A DNA stretch of 64,000 nucleotides from a bacterium (lineage in GTDB: Bacteria > Patescibacteriota > Minisyncoccia > Moranbacterales > UBA1568). The notes beneath the pieces were generated by a model that worked only from the letters and a program-made list of their open reading frames with translations, was not told the origin of the DNA and did not search any database. Location of the stretch: NCBI GenBank assembly GCA_021821305.1, contig JAKACP010000001.1:132934-196933 (forward strand), read 5' to 3'. A program made the translations under genes and the position numbers. Of the stretch, positions 9,048 through 18,502 are shown piece by piece; within the stretch, counting starts at the first letter, position 1; the number at the start of each line of letters is the position of its first letter.

Positions 9048-10205
9048 TTATTTTCTCACCGGCATCGCGATATAGAGGAAATTATCCTTTTCTCCGGCGG
9101 ATTTATCGGAAGACCCTCCTTTCAGGGCGACAGGAGTGGAATTCGAGTTCGCAAAAAAGGTCACTTTCTCGGAATCAAGCACATTGAGACCGTCAAGGAT
9201 ATATCGGGGATTGAATATGATTTCAAGGAGATCATTACCGGCGACATCACAATGTAGGACAGTCTCATTCTCACCCACATCCGCCGATTTCGATGATATC
9301 CGCATCTCACCCTTACTTGGTATGATAGCGACACTCATCTCGCCGTTCGTTTGTGAAGTGAATACGCCCGCCATACGGACCGCGCGGAGAAATTCCTCAC
9401 GGGAAACCGTCGCCTCATAAGCATATGTCTTCGGAAGTATCTGCTTATAATCCGGATACTTCCCATTTATCACCCTTGAAACGATAGAAATACCGTCTAT
9501 TTCGAAAAACACCTGGTTTTCCTCGAATGATACTTTCACGGATTCGGTTTCCGGAGAAATGACGCGCGCTATCTCTTGAAGCGGCAGCTGTGGGATGATA
9601 AAAGATTGGTTTTGTTCCGCGAAACTCGCATATTCGGGAGAAATATCCTTCTTCGGGACGGAAAGGATGTATTCCGCAAGCCGGAAACTGTCCGTCGCGG
9701 CCATATGGATCTCATTGTCCACGAAAAGAAAATTCACACCAGTAAGCTCGATCCGACTCTCATTCACGGAAACACAAGGGAGGAGTTCCTGAAGAGCGGT
9801 TTTAAGCTCTTGAGCAGGGAGAGTGAGGATATATTCCCCTTGCTTCTCCGGAATGATCGGGAAATCCTTCGGATCCAACCCTTTTATCTTCATGTTGTAG
9901 CCGCCGCTCTCGAGTGAAACGGTATTCCCGTCTATATCCATCGAAACCACATCTCCCGCAGGAAGGTTGTGTATGAAATTACTGACGATCTTCACGGGCA
10001 CCGCTATCTCGCTTGTACCCTCGATCTTCGCGCTGACATACGCGGTGACACCTATCTCCAGGTTCGTCGCCGAAAGCTTCAAATTCCCATTGTCGTTCCG
10101 AAGGAGGAAATTACTCAATATGGGAAGCGTGGATTGTTTTCCTGATGCCCGCTCAAGGAATGAAAGTGCTCGGGCGATATTTTCCTGCGTGCAGACGATA
10201 TGCAT
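9048..10205 (-). CDS. dnaN: DNA polymerase III beta sliding clamp
   Basis: 385 aa with the three-domain clamp; MHIVCTQENIARALSFLERASGKQSTLPILSNFLL... is the typical DnaN N-terminus. Confidence 0.95.
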   Translation of the reverse strand: MHIVCTQENIARALSFLERASGKQSTLPILSNFLLRNDNGNLKLSATNLEIGVTAYVSAKIEGTSEIAVPVKIVSNFIHNLPAGDVVSMDIDGNTVSLESGGYNMKIKGLDPKDFPIIPEKQGEYILTLPAQELKTALQELLPCVSVNESRIELTGVNFLFVDNEIHMAATDSFRLAEYILSVPKKDISPEYASFAEQNQSFIIPQLPLQEIARVISPETESVKVSFEENQVFFEIDGISIVSRVINGKYPDYKQILPKTYAYEATVSREEFLRAVRMAGVFTSQTNGEMSVAIIPSKGEMRISSKSADVGENETVLHCDVAGNDLLEIIFNPRYILDGLNVLDSEKVTFFANSNSTPVALKGGSSDKSAGEKDNFLYIAMPVRK

Positions 10206-10449
10206 AACTATAAGTTATAAGAAGAATTTATATAAAAATCATTACTCTTATTAGTGCTGTGAAGATGTGGATAACCCGCTGACTCCGCCCTACCAAGCTT
10301 TTTTCATCGATCATCCTTCGGTATCCGTTTATACAATATGTCGTGTTTTTTAGGAAAAAATGAACTATCCGTTTCCTTGTGATTTTTTATGAACATATAT
10401 TTCCCATATGATACAGGGATATACGGAGGTTATACAACGTTTATCCACC
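10206..10449. promoter_or_regulatory. candidate oriC in the dnaA-dnaN intergenic region (DnaA boxes plus AT-rich DUE-like stretch)
   Basis: Perfect DnaA box TGTGGATAA at 10265..10273. A 1-mismatch box TTATCCACC at 10441..10449 overlaps the dnaA stop. AT-rich tract 10201..10260. Confidence 0.5.
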
Positions 10450-11886
10450 ATATGATTGGTAGAGCTCCGTTTTTATCGCGGAGAGTTCACCTTTCAATCG
10501 AAGATTCTTTTCTATATCTTTTCCTATTTTTTCAAATGCATGAAGTGCGGTCGTATGATCCCTTCCACCGAAAAACTCCCCTATGGAAGAAAATGACATA
10601 TTGAGTTCGCTTCGGAAAAGGTGCATCGCGACCTGTCTTGGGTGTGATATACCTTTTTTTCGGCCTTTCTTGATAAGGTCTTCCTCGGTGACATCGTAGT
10701 GTTTCGTGATGGCGTCGATGATATCCTTCGTTTGGATATTCTTTTTCCCCTGCACGATGAGTTGGGAGAGGATTTTTTCGACTATGGATGTCGATGGTTG
10801 TACTTTATAGAATTCGGAATACGCGATGACACGGTTCAGCGCTCCTTCAAGCTCCCGTATGTTCTGGGTGATGTTTTCAGCTATGAACCGTATCGAATCA
10901 TCATCGAGCGGAATCGATTTTTCCACCACTTTTTTCTTCAGGATAGCCATCCGTGTCTCAAGATTCGGTTGGCTTATATCGACGATCATACCGCCTTCAA
11001 AGCGGGATCTGAGGCGATCCTCGAGCGTCGGTATCGATTTCGGCGGTCGATCGCTTGATATGACGATCTGTTTGTTGATCTGGTAGAGGGCGTTGAAAAT
11101 ATGAAAAAACTCATTCTGCGTCTTTTCACGCCCTGAGAGGAATTGGACATCATCGATGATGAGGAGATCTATCTGCTGGTAGTATTCCTTGAATTTGTCG
11201 ATTTTTTGGTTCCGTATCGACTCGACCAGCTCGCTCGTGAACCGCTCGGAAGTGATATATTTTATGATCTTTTCCGGATGATTTGCCTTTACTTCGTTCC
11301 CAAGCGATTGGAGAAGGTGTGTTTTTCCGAGGCCGACGCCCCCATAGATGAACAAAGGGTTATATGCGCCCCCGAGATTCTGTGAAACCGAAAAACACGC
11401 GGCTCTCGCGAGTTCATTGTTTTCCGCGACGACGAAATCGTCGAATGTGTACCGCGGGTTCAGGTTCGATTCGTGGTAGAGGGCTGTTGTTTGGCGCTGT
11501 GGGACGGAATGTGACGGATGACCTGCTTGGGGTGGAGAGTTGGGATTCTCACTTGTGTGATCGGAAATCGACTGCGTTCGTTGTACCGCGTCTATCGATT
11601 TCATCGGCGTCATCATCGGTTGCTGTTGTGGTCCTGAGATAAAGCATTTTATTCCATTGATCCGCTCATCAAACCCGCGAAGCGATCTGAGGATCTCAAG
11701 ATTATACTTGTTTTCAAGCCATTCTTTCGCAAAGCCGTTCGGGACGCTGATGGTGACCAAGCCGTTTTCATTGGAAAGAATGGAGGTGTTCCGGAACCAT
11801 GTGACGAAATTCGCCTTCGAAATGGAAAGCTCGACCTGTCCCAAAACCCCCTTCCAAAGCTCTTCGTTCGTCATAACTTTTTCCAT
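10441..11886 (-). CDS. dnaA: chromosomal replication initiator DnaA
   Basis: AAA+ Walker A GGVGLGKTHLL, sensor/arginine finger region, and C-terminal DNA-binding domain (ISHPRQVAMHLFRSEL). Confidence 0.95.
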   Translation of the reverse strand: MEKVMTNEELWKGVLGQVELSISKANFVTWFRNTSILSNENGLVTISVPNGFAKEWLENKYNLEILRSLRGFDERINGIKCFISGPQQQPMMTPMKSIDAVQRTQSISDHTSENPNSPPQAGHPSHSVPQRQTTALYHESNLNPRYTFDDFVVAENNELARAACFSVSQNLGGAYNPLFIYGGVGLGKTHLLQSLGNEVKANHPEKIIKYITSERFTSELVESIRNQKIDKFKEYYQQIDLLIIDDVQFLSGREKTQNEFFHIFNALYQINKQIVISSDRPPKSIPTLEDRLRSRFEGGMIVDISQPNLETRMAILKKKVVEKSIPLDDDSIRFIAENITQNIRELEGALNRVIAYSEFYKVQPSTSIVEKILSQLIVQGKKNIQTKDIIDAITKHYDVTEEDLIKKGRKKGISHPRQVAMHLFRSELNMSFSSIGEFFGGRDHTTALHAFEKIGKDIEKNLRLKGELSAIKTELYQSYGG

Positions 11887-11992
11887 AAACCGGGCGTCAT
11901 AGCCTATGATCGACGAATCCCTACACCCTTACGCCATCCTCGGAAAGGTGAAAAGAAGTATATCATGTTTCCGTTTTTTGGTCGCCATCCTA

Positions 11993-12012
11993 TGTGAATA
12001 ATCGGTGGATAA
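11993..12012. promoter_or_regulatory. pair of imperfect DnaA boxes upstream of dnaA in the dnaA-rpmH divergent region
   Basis: TGTGAATAA (11993..12001) and GGTGGATAA (12004..12012), each one mismatch from TGTGGATAA, in tandem. Possible second oriC half or dnaA autoregulation site. Confidence 0.4.
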
Positions 12013-12114
12013 ATCAAGAATATGGGGTAATTATCGCATGGTTGACTTCTTCGCGGCATCCTGGTATCCTTCTTTTATGTCGAACCGACGTTTTTTTAGG
12101 TTTTTCTCAAAAAT

Positions 12115-12249
12115 ATGAAGCGTACGTACCAACCGAAGAAGCTCCGCCGAGCCAAAAGACACGGATTCTTGGAGCGGATGAACACCGCGGGGGGGCAGAA
12201 AGTCATCAAAAGCAGGAGAACTCAGGGGCGAAAAAAGCTTTCCGTTTAG
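12115..12249 (+). CDS. rpmH: 50S ribosomal protein L34
   Basis: 44-aa ORF below the track's size cut-off: [44 protein letters not shown]. Confidence 0.9.
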   Translation: MKRTYQPKKLRRAKRHGFLERMNTAGGQKVIKSRRTQGRKKLSV

Positions 12250-12263
12250 AGCTTGTTCAATAT

Positions 12264-12611
12264 ATGCTTCCGAAATCGCTCCGCTTGAAAAATTCGGAAC
12301 TCTTTCAAAAGGCTTTTCGTTTCGGAAAGCCCTTTTTCTTTGGAAATATGGGGTGTAAGGTCATATTTTCCCAAGATATGGGGAAAAAAGTAGGATTTTC
12401 CCTTTCGAAAAAGATTTTTCCTCGTGCCGTCGACCGAAATCGGGCCAAAAGGGCTCTGTCGGATGCCGCGGCATTTTTTTGGGATGATATACCCCAAGGT
12501 GTTTTCGTGGTATTCTTCCTTCGTGCCCATGAAGGATTCCTCGGGAAAGAGATCGTGATGAAGGACTTTTCCGGCCTGATTTCGAAGGTAAATGCCTCTA
12601 AACCCAAATGA
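12264..12611 (+). CDS. rnpA: ribonuclease P protein component
   Basis: MLPKSLRLKNSELFQKAFRFGKP...FPRAVDRNRAKRALSDAA is the RnpA fold with RNR motif; sits directly after rpmH; internal ATG of ORF 11994..12611. Confidence 0.85.
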   Translation: MLPKSLRLKNSELFQKAFRFGKPFFFGNMGCKVIFSQDMGKKVGFSLSKKIFPRAVDRNRAKRALSDAAAFFWDDIPQGVFVVFFLRAHEGFLGKEIVMKDFSGLISKVNASKPK

Positions 12612-13351
12612 ATATGATGCAGATATACGATGCGATAGTCTATGAGCCGCTTTACAACAGTATCGTTTTCTTCGCTGACCTCTTTCCGGGCGCGAATTTC
12701 GGCCTCGCCATCATCGCGACGACGATCCTTATAAAATTCCTTTTTCTGTCGCTTTCGAAAAAACAGATCGAAACACAGAAAAAAATGCAGGAAATACAGC
12801 CGAAATTGAAGGAAATACAGCAGAAATACAAGAATGACAAGGAGCGGCAGGCGAAGGAACTGATGGAGTTCTACCGCACCAACAAGGTGAATCCGTTTTC
12901 CGGCTGTCTCCCGCTTCTCGTGCAGATATTCTTCCTGATCACCATATATCAGATCATCATGAAGATCTCGGCCACGGGATTTTCAATAGATTCGTCCCTG
13001 CTTTACCCGTTCGTTTCCAATCCGGGGACCCTCTCGCATACCTTCTTCGGCATAGCGGATCTCGCTGTCCCGAGCGCTCTTTTTGCCATTCTCGCCGCTG
13101 TCGGCCAGTATTTCCAGATGAAGATGCTTATAAAGATGCAGCCGGAAAAACCGAAGGATGCGAAAAAAGATACGGATGAACCGGATTTCGCGACCATCAT
13201 GAACAAACAGATGCTTTATATCGGTCCGGCGCTTACGCTTTGGATCGGGTTCACCTTTCCAGCCGGACTTTCCTTGTATTGGCTTGTTTCCACGATTTTT
13301 GCGATCATACAACAGCAGTTCATCCTGAAGAAGAAGGAAGTTAATCCCTAA
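12608..13351 (+). CDS. yidC: membrane protein insertase YidC (short form)
   Basis: Overlaps the rnpA stop; 247 aa with the YidC/Oxa1 core helices (GCLPLLVQIFFLITIYQ...GLSLYWLVSTIFAIIQQ). Confidence 0.9.
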   Translation: MNMMQIYDAIVYEPLYNSIVFFADLFPGANFGLAIIATTILIKFLFLSLSKKQIETQKKMQEIQPKLKEIQQKYKNDKERQAKELMEFYRTNKVNPFSGCLPLLVQIFFLITIYQIIMKISATGFSIDSSLLYPFVSNPGTLSHTFFGIADLAVPSALFAILAAVGQYFQMKMLIKMQPEKPKDAKKDTDEPDFATIMNKQMLYIGPALTLWIGFTFPAGLSLYWLVSTIFAIIQQQFILKKKEVNP

Positions 13352-13361
13352 GATCGCACCT

Positions 13362-13850
13362 ATGGGAGAAAAAAATTTCCAATCCGTCGTCATGGAAACA
13401 TTGGAGGATGTTCTCGCAAAAATCGGGGTAGAGGATGCGAACATATCGATCCGGTCTGGACGAAGCGGGTTGAACGAGGCTTTCATCTGCGCGGTTTCGG
13501 TCAATAGGGATGATTCGAAGCTGCTTATCGGACAGCATGGAGCGACGCTTTCCGCCCTGCAACACCTCACCCAGGTGCTTGCGAAGCAGAAATCATCCGA
13601 ATACGAGGGATTCTCGGTGGATATCAACGAATACTGGAAGGGAAAGCAATCCCTTCTCGAACGTGATGCGGAAGAGGCCGCTCACAAAGTGATCGCATCC
13701 GGACGACCGGTGCACCTGCGGCCCATGCTTTCCTATGAACGAAAAATCATCCACCTGACGCTTTCCAAGAACGACAAGGTGGAAACCGAAAGTCTCGGTA
13801 AGGGTGAGGAGCGGAAGGTCGTCGTGAAGCCGGCCGCACTCCTTTCCTGA
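13362..13850 (+). CDS. jag: Jag/KhpB RNA-binding protein (KH and R3H domains)
   Basis: Conserved position after yidC; R3H motif region (LRPMLSYERKIIHLTLSKND). Confidence 0.85.
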   Translation: MGEKNFQSVVMETLEDVLAKIGVEDANISIRSGRSGLNEAFICAVSVNRDDSKLLIGQHGATLSALQHLTQVLAKQKSSEYEGFSVDINEYWKGKQSLLERDAEEAAHKVIASGRPVHLRPMLSYERKIIHLTLSKNDKVETESLGKGEERKVVVKPAALLS

Positions 13851-13880
13851 AGTACGAATGTTTTGCCAGGAAAATGAAAT

Positions 13881-13912
13881 ATCCATCCGAACAGGGATGG
13901 ATTTTCCTTTGT
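13881..13912 (+). terminator. intrinsic terminator after jag
   Basis: ATCCATCCgaacagGGATGGAT stem-loop followed by a T-rich tract. Confidence 0.5.
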
Positions 13913-13967
13913 TTGCCTTTTCCTTCCTCAAAACGTACAATGGGAGGGTACTATTTCGGAAAAGTCT

Positions 13968-15422
13968 ATGGCGATTGCCAGAAAAATCGCGTACAACATC
14001 GTCTTCAATTCCTTTTTGAAGGTGCTTACGACGGTCGCGCTCTCACTCCTCTCCATCCGGCTTATCACGGGATATCTCGGCAAGGAGGGCTTCGGAGACT
14101 ACACCACCATTCTCGCTTTCTTCGCCTTCTTTTCCGCGATCGCGGATCTCGGTATCAGCGCCGTCACCGTAAGGGAGATTTCCCGGGAGGGATCCGATGA
14201 AGAGGATATCCTGAGCCGGGTCGTTTCGCTCCGTATATTCTCCTCTCTCGCGCTTTTCCTGCTCGTCCCCGTCATCCTTTTCTTCTTCGCATACCCGTTC
14301 TCGGTCAAGCTCGGTATTTGGATCACCTCGGGCGCGGTCATATTTTCCTCGTTTTCCCTTTTCTTAAACGGTATTTTCCAGAAAAACATAGCCATGGACC
14401 GTGTCGCCATGGTCGAGTTCTTCGGGAAGCTCGCGCAGGTCGGCGCCGTTTTCGCGGTCGTTTCATTCGATCTCGGCTTTCTCGCGATCGTGTCGACCCT
14501 GGTCATTTCGCTCATATTCAACGCGACCCTCGCCTTCGTTCTGAGCCGAAAATATGTCAGGTTCGCCTTTATCGTCGACGTGGCGTACTGGAAGAAATTC
14601 CTCCACGAGTCGCTTCCGCTCGGCGGGAGCGCACTCATAACCTTCTTTTACTTCAAATTGGACGCCATACTCCTCTCCATTCTCCAAGGGAGCGCCGCGG
14701 TCGGTATCTATGGCGTGGCGTACAAGGTCATGGAGAACCTGACGTTCTTCCCAGCCATGCTCGCCGGGCTCATCCTCCCCCTCCTCGCGAGGTCCGTCTT
14801 TACGGACAAGGAAAAATTCCGTGATATCGCGGACACCACGTTCCGCGTGTTCCTCATCGTCGTCGTACCGATCATCATCGGGGGGATTTTCTTCTCATCG
14901 GATATCATAAGCATCGTGAGCGGATCCGGATTCGAGGAATCGGTCGTCGTGCTCGAGCTCCTACTTCTCTCGCTCGGATTCATCTTTTTCGGCCACTATT
15001 TCAACATGATGCTCATCGTGGGGAACCTTCAGAAAAAACTCATGAAGACGCTCCTGTTCGTGGCCATCCTCAATATCTCCATGAACCTCTTCCTCATACC
15101 GAAATATTCCTATCTCGGAGCGGCGATCGCATCGGTCCTGACCGAGTTCTCGGTCGTCACGCTCACTGGCTTTCTCGTCTACAAGTTCCTCGACTACAAG
15201 CCGTCCTTCGGGAAGATATGGCGGGTATTCCTCGCCGGCCTTTCCATGGCGGCTTTCCTCTACGAGTTTCATGGGGCGCTCCCGTTCATCGTCGCGGGAT
15301 TCCTTTCCGTCTTGGTGTACCTTTTCGCTCTCTGGGCGGTACGCGCGGTGACCAGTCAGGAAATAACCGAGCTTTTTTCGAAGAAACCGACCGTGTTCGT
15401 CCCGCAGGAGGAGATAGTGTAG
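13968..15422 (+). CDS. polysaccharide biosynthesis protein / Wzx-like flippase (MOP superfamily)
   Basis: 484 aa, ~12-14 TM helices, typical Wzx N-terminus (LKVLTTVALSLLSIRLITGYLGKEGFGDY). Confidence 0.8.
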   Translation: MAIARKIAYNIVFNSFLKVLTTVALSLLSIRLITGYLGKEGFGDYTTILAFFAFFSAIADLGISAVTVREISREGSDEEDILSRVVSLRIFSSLALFLLVPVILFFFAYPFSVKLGIWITSGAVIFSSFSLFLNGIFQKNIAMDRVAMVEFFGKLAQVGAVFAVVSFDLGFLAIVSTLVISLIFNATLAFVLSRKYVRFAFIVDVAYWKKFLHESLPLGGSALITFFYFKLDAILLSILQGSAAVGIYGVAYKVMENLTFFPAMLAGLILPLLARSVFTDKEKFRDIADTTFRVFLIVVVPIIIGGIFFSSDIISIVSGSGFEESVVVLELLLLSLGFIFFGHYFNMMLIVGNLQKKLMKTLLFVAILNISMNLFLIPKYSYLGAAIASVLTEFSVVTLTGFLVYKFLDYKPSFGKIWRVFLAGLSMAAFLYEFHGALPFIVAGFLSVLVYLFALWAVRAVTSQEITELFSKKPTVFVPQEEIV

Positions 15423-15520
15423 AAAGCTTTTTGCCCCGGTATTCGACAATGGCAGCGTGATGGATGCCGCCACCCACCGTATCCCGGCTTCCGGGATATC
15501 TCCCGGTAAAGAATCACGGT

Positions 15521-16387
15521 ATGAGACAGCAACCGAAAATTTTCGTCGTCATCCTGAATTGGAACGGGAAAGAGGTCCTTTTGGATTGTCTCCGCTCCAT
15601 TTTCTCCCTCGACTACGGGAACTTCGAGGTCGTCGTCGTGGACAACGCCTCCCGCGACGGGTCGCTCGAATCGGCCCGATCCTCTTTCGGGCGGGCGCAC
15701 TTCATCGTGAACGAAGCCAACAACGGGTTTGCCGCCGGTATGAATATCGGCATCAAATTCGCTCTTTCGAAAGGAGCACAGTACGTCTGGGTGCTCAATA
15801 ACGACACCGTCTGCGGCCGGGAATCGCTTCGCGAACTTCTTTCCGCCGCCGAACAGGAAGAAAAATGCGCGATTTTCAGTCCGCTCATACTGACTCCTTC
15901 CGGGAAAGCCTGGTTTTCCGCGGGGAAGATTGATTTCCTACGGATGAGAGCCTATCACGCGGACCCGGAGGTATCGACCCGCGAGAGCGAGCCGTATGAG
16001 AGCGGATACCTTTCCGGCTGCGCGATGTTTTTTTTGGGATCAACGATCAAAAAAATCGGATTTTTCGATGAAAAATACTTCCTGTACTATGAAGATGCCG
16101 ATCTTTCCGTCCGGGCCAAGAAGGCCGGTTGCCGGCTGCTCATGGTCCCGAAGTCGGTGATCGTACACGCCGAACAGAGCGGGCGCAATCCGGAAAAGAC
16201 ATACTGGCTGGTCCGTTCCGGCCTGCGGTTTTTCGCGCTCCATACCCCTGCGGTTCTTCGACCCTGGATGACGCTTTACATTCTGCTGAGAAAGGTGAAG
16301 AATGGTATGGATAAGAGCAAAGGGAAGGAGGAGGCCTTTCTCGTTTCTCGGGCCTATGAAGATTACCGAAAATCAGAAAAATCCTGA
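15521..16387 (+). CDS. glycosyltransferase family 2
   Basis: GT2 DxD-containing fold: FVVILNWNGKEVLLDCLRSI...VVVDNASRDGS...YYEDADLS. Start at ATG 15521 within ORF 15464..16387. Confidence 0.85.
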   Translation: MRQQPKIFVVILNWNGKEVLLDCLRSIFSLDYGNFEVVVVDNASRDGSLESARSSFGRAHFIVNEANNGFAAGMNIGIKFALSKGAQYVWVLNNDTVCGRESLRELLSAAEQEEKCAIFSPLILTPSGKAWFSAGKIDFLRMRAYHADPEVSTRESEPYESGYLSGCAMFFLGSTIKKIGFFDEKYFLYYEDADLSVRAKKAGCRLLMVPKSVIVHAEQSGRNPEKTYWLVRSGLRFFALHTPAVLRPWMTLYILLRKVKNGMDKSKGKEEAFLVSRAYEDYRKSEKS

Positions 16388-17222
16388 ATTTTCCCTCATA
16401 TACGTCAATTTCAGAAGCGCCGACTTGCTCGCCGAGTCGCTCGGGTCGCTTCGAAGGAACGGGGTTTTGGGCGAGGATGTCGAGGTCATTCTCGTGAATA
16501 ATGACCGGGAAGAAGAGGAAAAACTCCGGTACGTGGCGGCGAAGTTTTCCTGCACATCGCTGTCATTTCAGGAAAACCGCGGTTTCGGCTGGGCTGTGAA
16601 TCAGGCGGCCGGAAAGGCGCGCGGGAAATACATCGGCTGTATCAATCCGGATACGGAGTTCCTCGGAGGCTCCCTTTCCCCGATAGCGGGTCTTTTCGAA
16701 AAATATCAGAAAATCGGCATCATCGGTGCGAAAATAGTCGGTCCGGATGGGGCTCCGGAGAAGTGGAGTGCCGGGAAGAAACTTTCGCTGTGGCAGATCA
16801 TACGGAACAACACCGGGTTTCCTTCGGGTCGGCGATTGTGGATGAGCCAAAAGAATCGCTCGGTCGGATGGGTGAGCGGAGCCGCTCTTTTCATCAGGAA
16901 AGAACTTTTCGATCGGCTGTCCGGGTTCGATGAGCGGTTCTTCCTCTATTTCGAGGATGTGGATCTCTGCTATCGGGCCAAGCAAGAGGGTTTCCTCGTC
17001 GCCTTCTGCCCAAAAATCTCTTTTCTTCATAAAGGCGGCATGAGCCATGAATCGAAGCGATCGCAAAAGGAGTTGTTCTACGATTCCCAAAGGAAATATT
17101 TCGAGAAGCATCGTCCGAAGTGGGAACGCCTTTTGTTGGAAGGGGCCCGGAAAACGTTGAAATCCGGGTACTCCGGGGAACCGGACGGGAAGTCGCCCAT
17201 CATACTCCCCCACACATCATGA
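16356..17222 (+). CDS. glycosyltransferase family 2 (second)
   Basis: SLIYVNFRSADLL...ILVNNDREEEEK...YFEDVDLCYRA. Overlaps the previous gene by 32 nt. Confidence 0.8.
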   Translation: MKITENQKNPEFSLIYVNFRSADLLAESLGSLRRNGVLGEDVEVILVNNDREEEEKLRYVAAKFSCTSLSFQENRGFGWAVNQAAGKARGKYIGCINPDTEFLGGSLSPIAGLFEKYQKIGIIGAKIVGPDGAPEKWSAGKKLSLWQIIRNNTGFPSGRRLWMSQKNRSVGWVSGAALFIRKELFDRLSGFDERFFLYFEDVDLCYRAKQEGFLVAFCPKISFLHKGGMSHESKRSQKELFYDSQRKYFEKHRPKWERLLLEGARKTLKSGYSGEPDGKSPIILPHTS

Positions 17223-18502
17223 TCCTTCTGCGGTTATCACAGATTTTTCTCCTGACGCTTCCCTTCCAGGTGGCACTCAGTCCGATTCCCGGAATCGATC
17301 TTTCGGGAGCGAGGATTTTTGCGCTGTCACTCTTCCTTTTCTGGCTCACCACCGGACTTTTCAGGAAAAAACTGTTCATCCCCACATCTTTCGACGCGCT
17401 TCTTCTTGTTTCTTTCGTCTTCCTCTCCTGCGTCTCGTTTCTCTGGGCGGAGAACGCTGAATGGGCCGTCCGTCGAGCCACCTTCTTCCTCTCATTTTCC
17501 CCGCTCTTCCTCGTTTTTTCCGCGCTCGTGAGGGAATTCGGGAAGAGGGCGATTTCCGCATTGCTTCGATCATTCGTCCTCGGTGCGGCCGTCGCCGCCT
17601 TCGTCGGCATCATCCAATCCGTTTCCCAGCTTTTTTTCGGACCGGGTCCCGTCTTTCGTTTCTGGGTCGAGCACGTCATACCGGCATTTCTCGGCGGCTC
17701 GTTCGCGAGTTCCGTAGCCGAGTACCCGAGCCTGCTCGCCAATATCGGCGGGGCGACCGTACTTCGGGCGACCGCCTTTTTCCCCGATCCGCATATGTTC
17801 GCGTTTTATATGGGACTCGCCCTGCCGATCGCTTTCGGGTTCGCGCTTCTTTCGGATACCACCCACGAAAAGATATTCTTTTTTTCGGCATTCTTCCTTA
17901 TCGCGATGGCTGACCTCCTTTCGTTCTCGAGAGGAGGCTATGTCGGCCTCGGGTTCGGCGCCGTCCTCGCGGGAGCGATGACGTTGCGACAGGTGAAAGG
18001 GACCCGATCCTTGCTGTTCGTCGCCGGCATATCGTTCGCGCTCCTCGCGCTCCTGTTCGTCGACAACCCGATAAAACAGCGGCTGTTCTCATCGTTTTCG
18101 CTGGAGGACGGATCCAATCAGGGCCGCGTGGCCATATGGGAGGAGGCCGTGGAAGACATTTCCGAACGGCCGCTCCTCGGATATGGTATCGGAAACTATC
18201 CGCTCGCGGTCAAACCGACGGCCGAATACCGAGAACCCATTTATGCGCACAACCTTTTCCTCGATATCGCCTCCGAAACGGGAGTTCTCGGCGGAGCACT
18301 CTTTTTCATCGCATTTTTCACGGTTTTTTGGAAATTTTTGAAAAACCGATCGGTTCTGTTTTCCGCCTCCGCCATCTCGCTCGCGATTTTTTTCGGACAC
18401 GCGCTTTTCGAACTCCCCCTCTATTCCGTGCACATACTGCCTGTCCTCCTTCTCTTCCTCTCTCTCCCTGGATTCGTGAACGAATCTGAAAAAAAACTAT
18501 GA
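17219..18502 (+). CDS. O-antigen ligase / Wzy-like polymerase family membrane protein
   Basis: Polytopic; Wzy_C-type region (LLSFSRGGYVGLGFGAV...GYGIGNYP...AHNLFLDIASETGVLG). ATGA overlap with the upstream GT2. Confidence 0.75.
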   Translation: MILLRLSQIFLLTLPFQVALSPIPGIDLSGARIFALSLFLFWLTTGLFRKKLFIPTSFDALLLVSFVFLSCVSFLWAENAEWAVRRATFFLSFSPLFLVFSALVREFGKRAISALLRSFVLGAAVAAFVGIIQSVSQLFFGPGPVFRFWVEHVIPAFLGGSFASSVAEYPSLLANIGGATVLRATAFFPDPHMFAFYMGLALPIAFGFALLSDTTHEKIFFFSAFFLIAMADLLSFSRGGYVGLGFGAVLAGAMTLRQVKGTRSLLFVAGISFALLALLFVDNPIKQRLFSSFSLEDGSNQGRVAIWEEAVEDISERPLLGYGIGNYPLAVKPTAEYREPIYAHNLFLDIASETGVLGGALFFIAFFTVFWKFLKNRSVLFSASAISLAIFFGHALFELPLYSVHILPVLLLFLSLPGFVNESEKKL

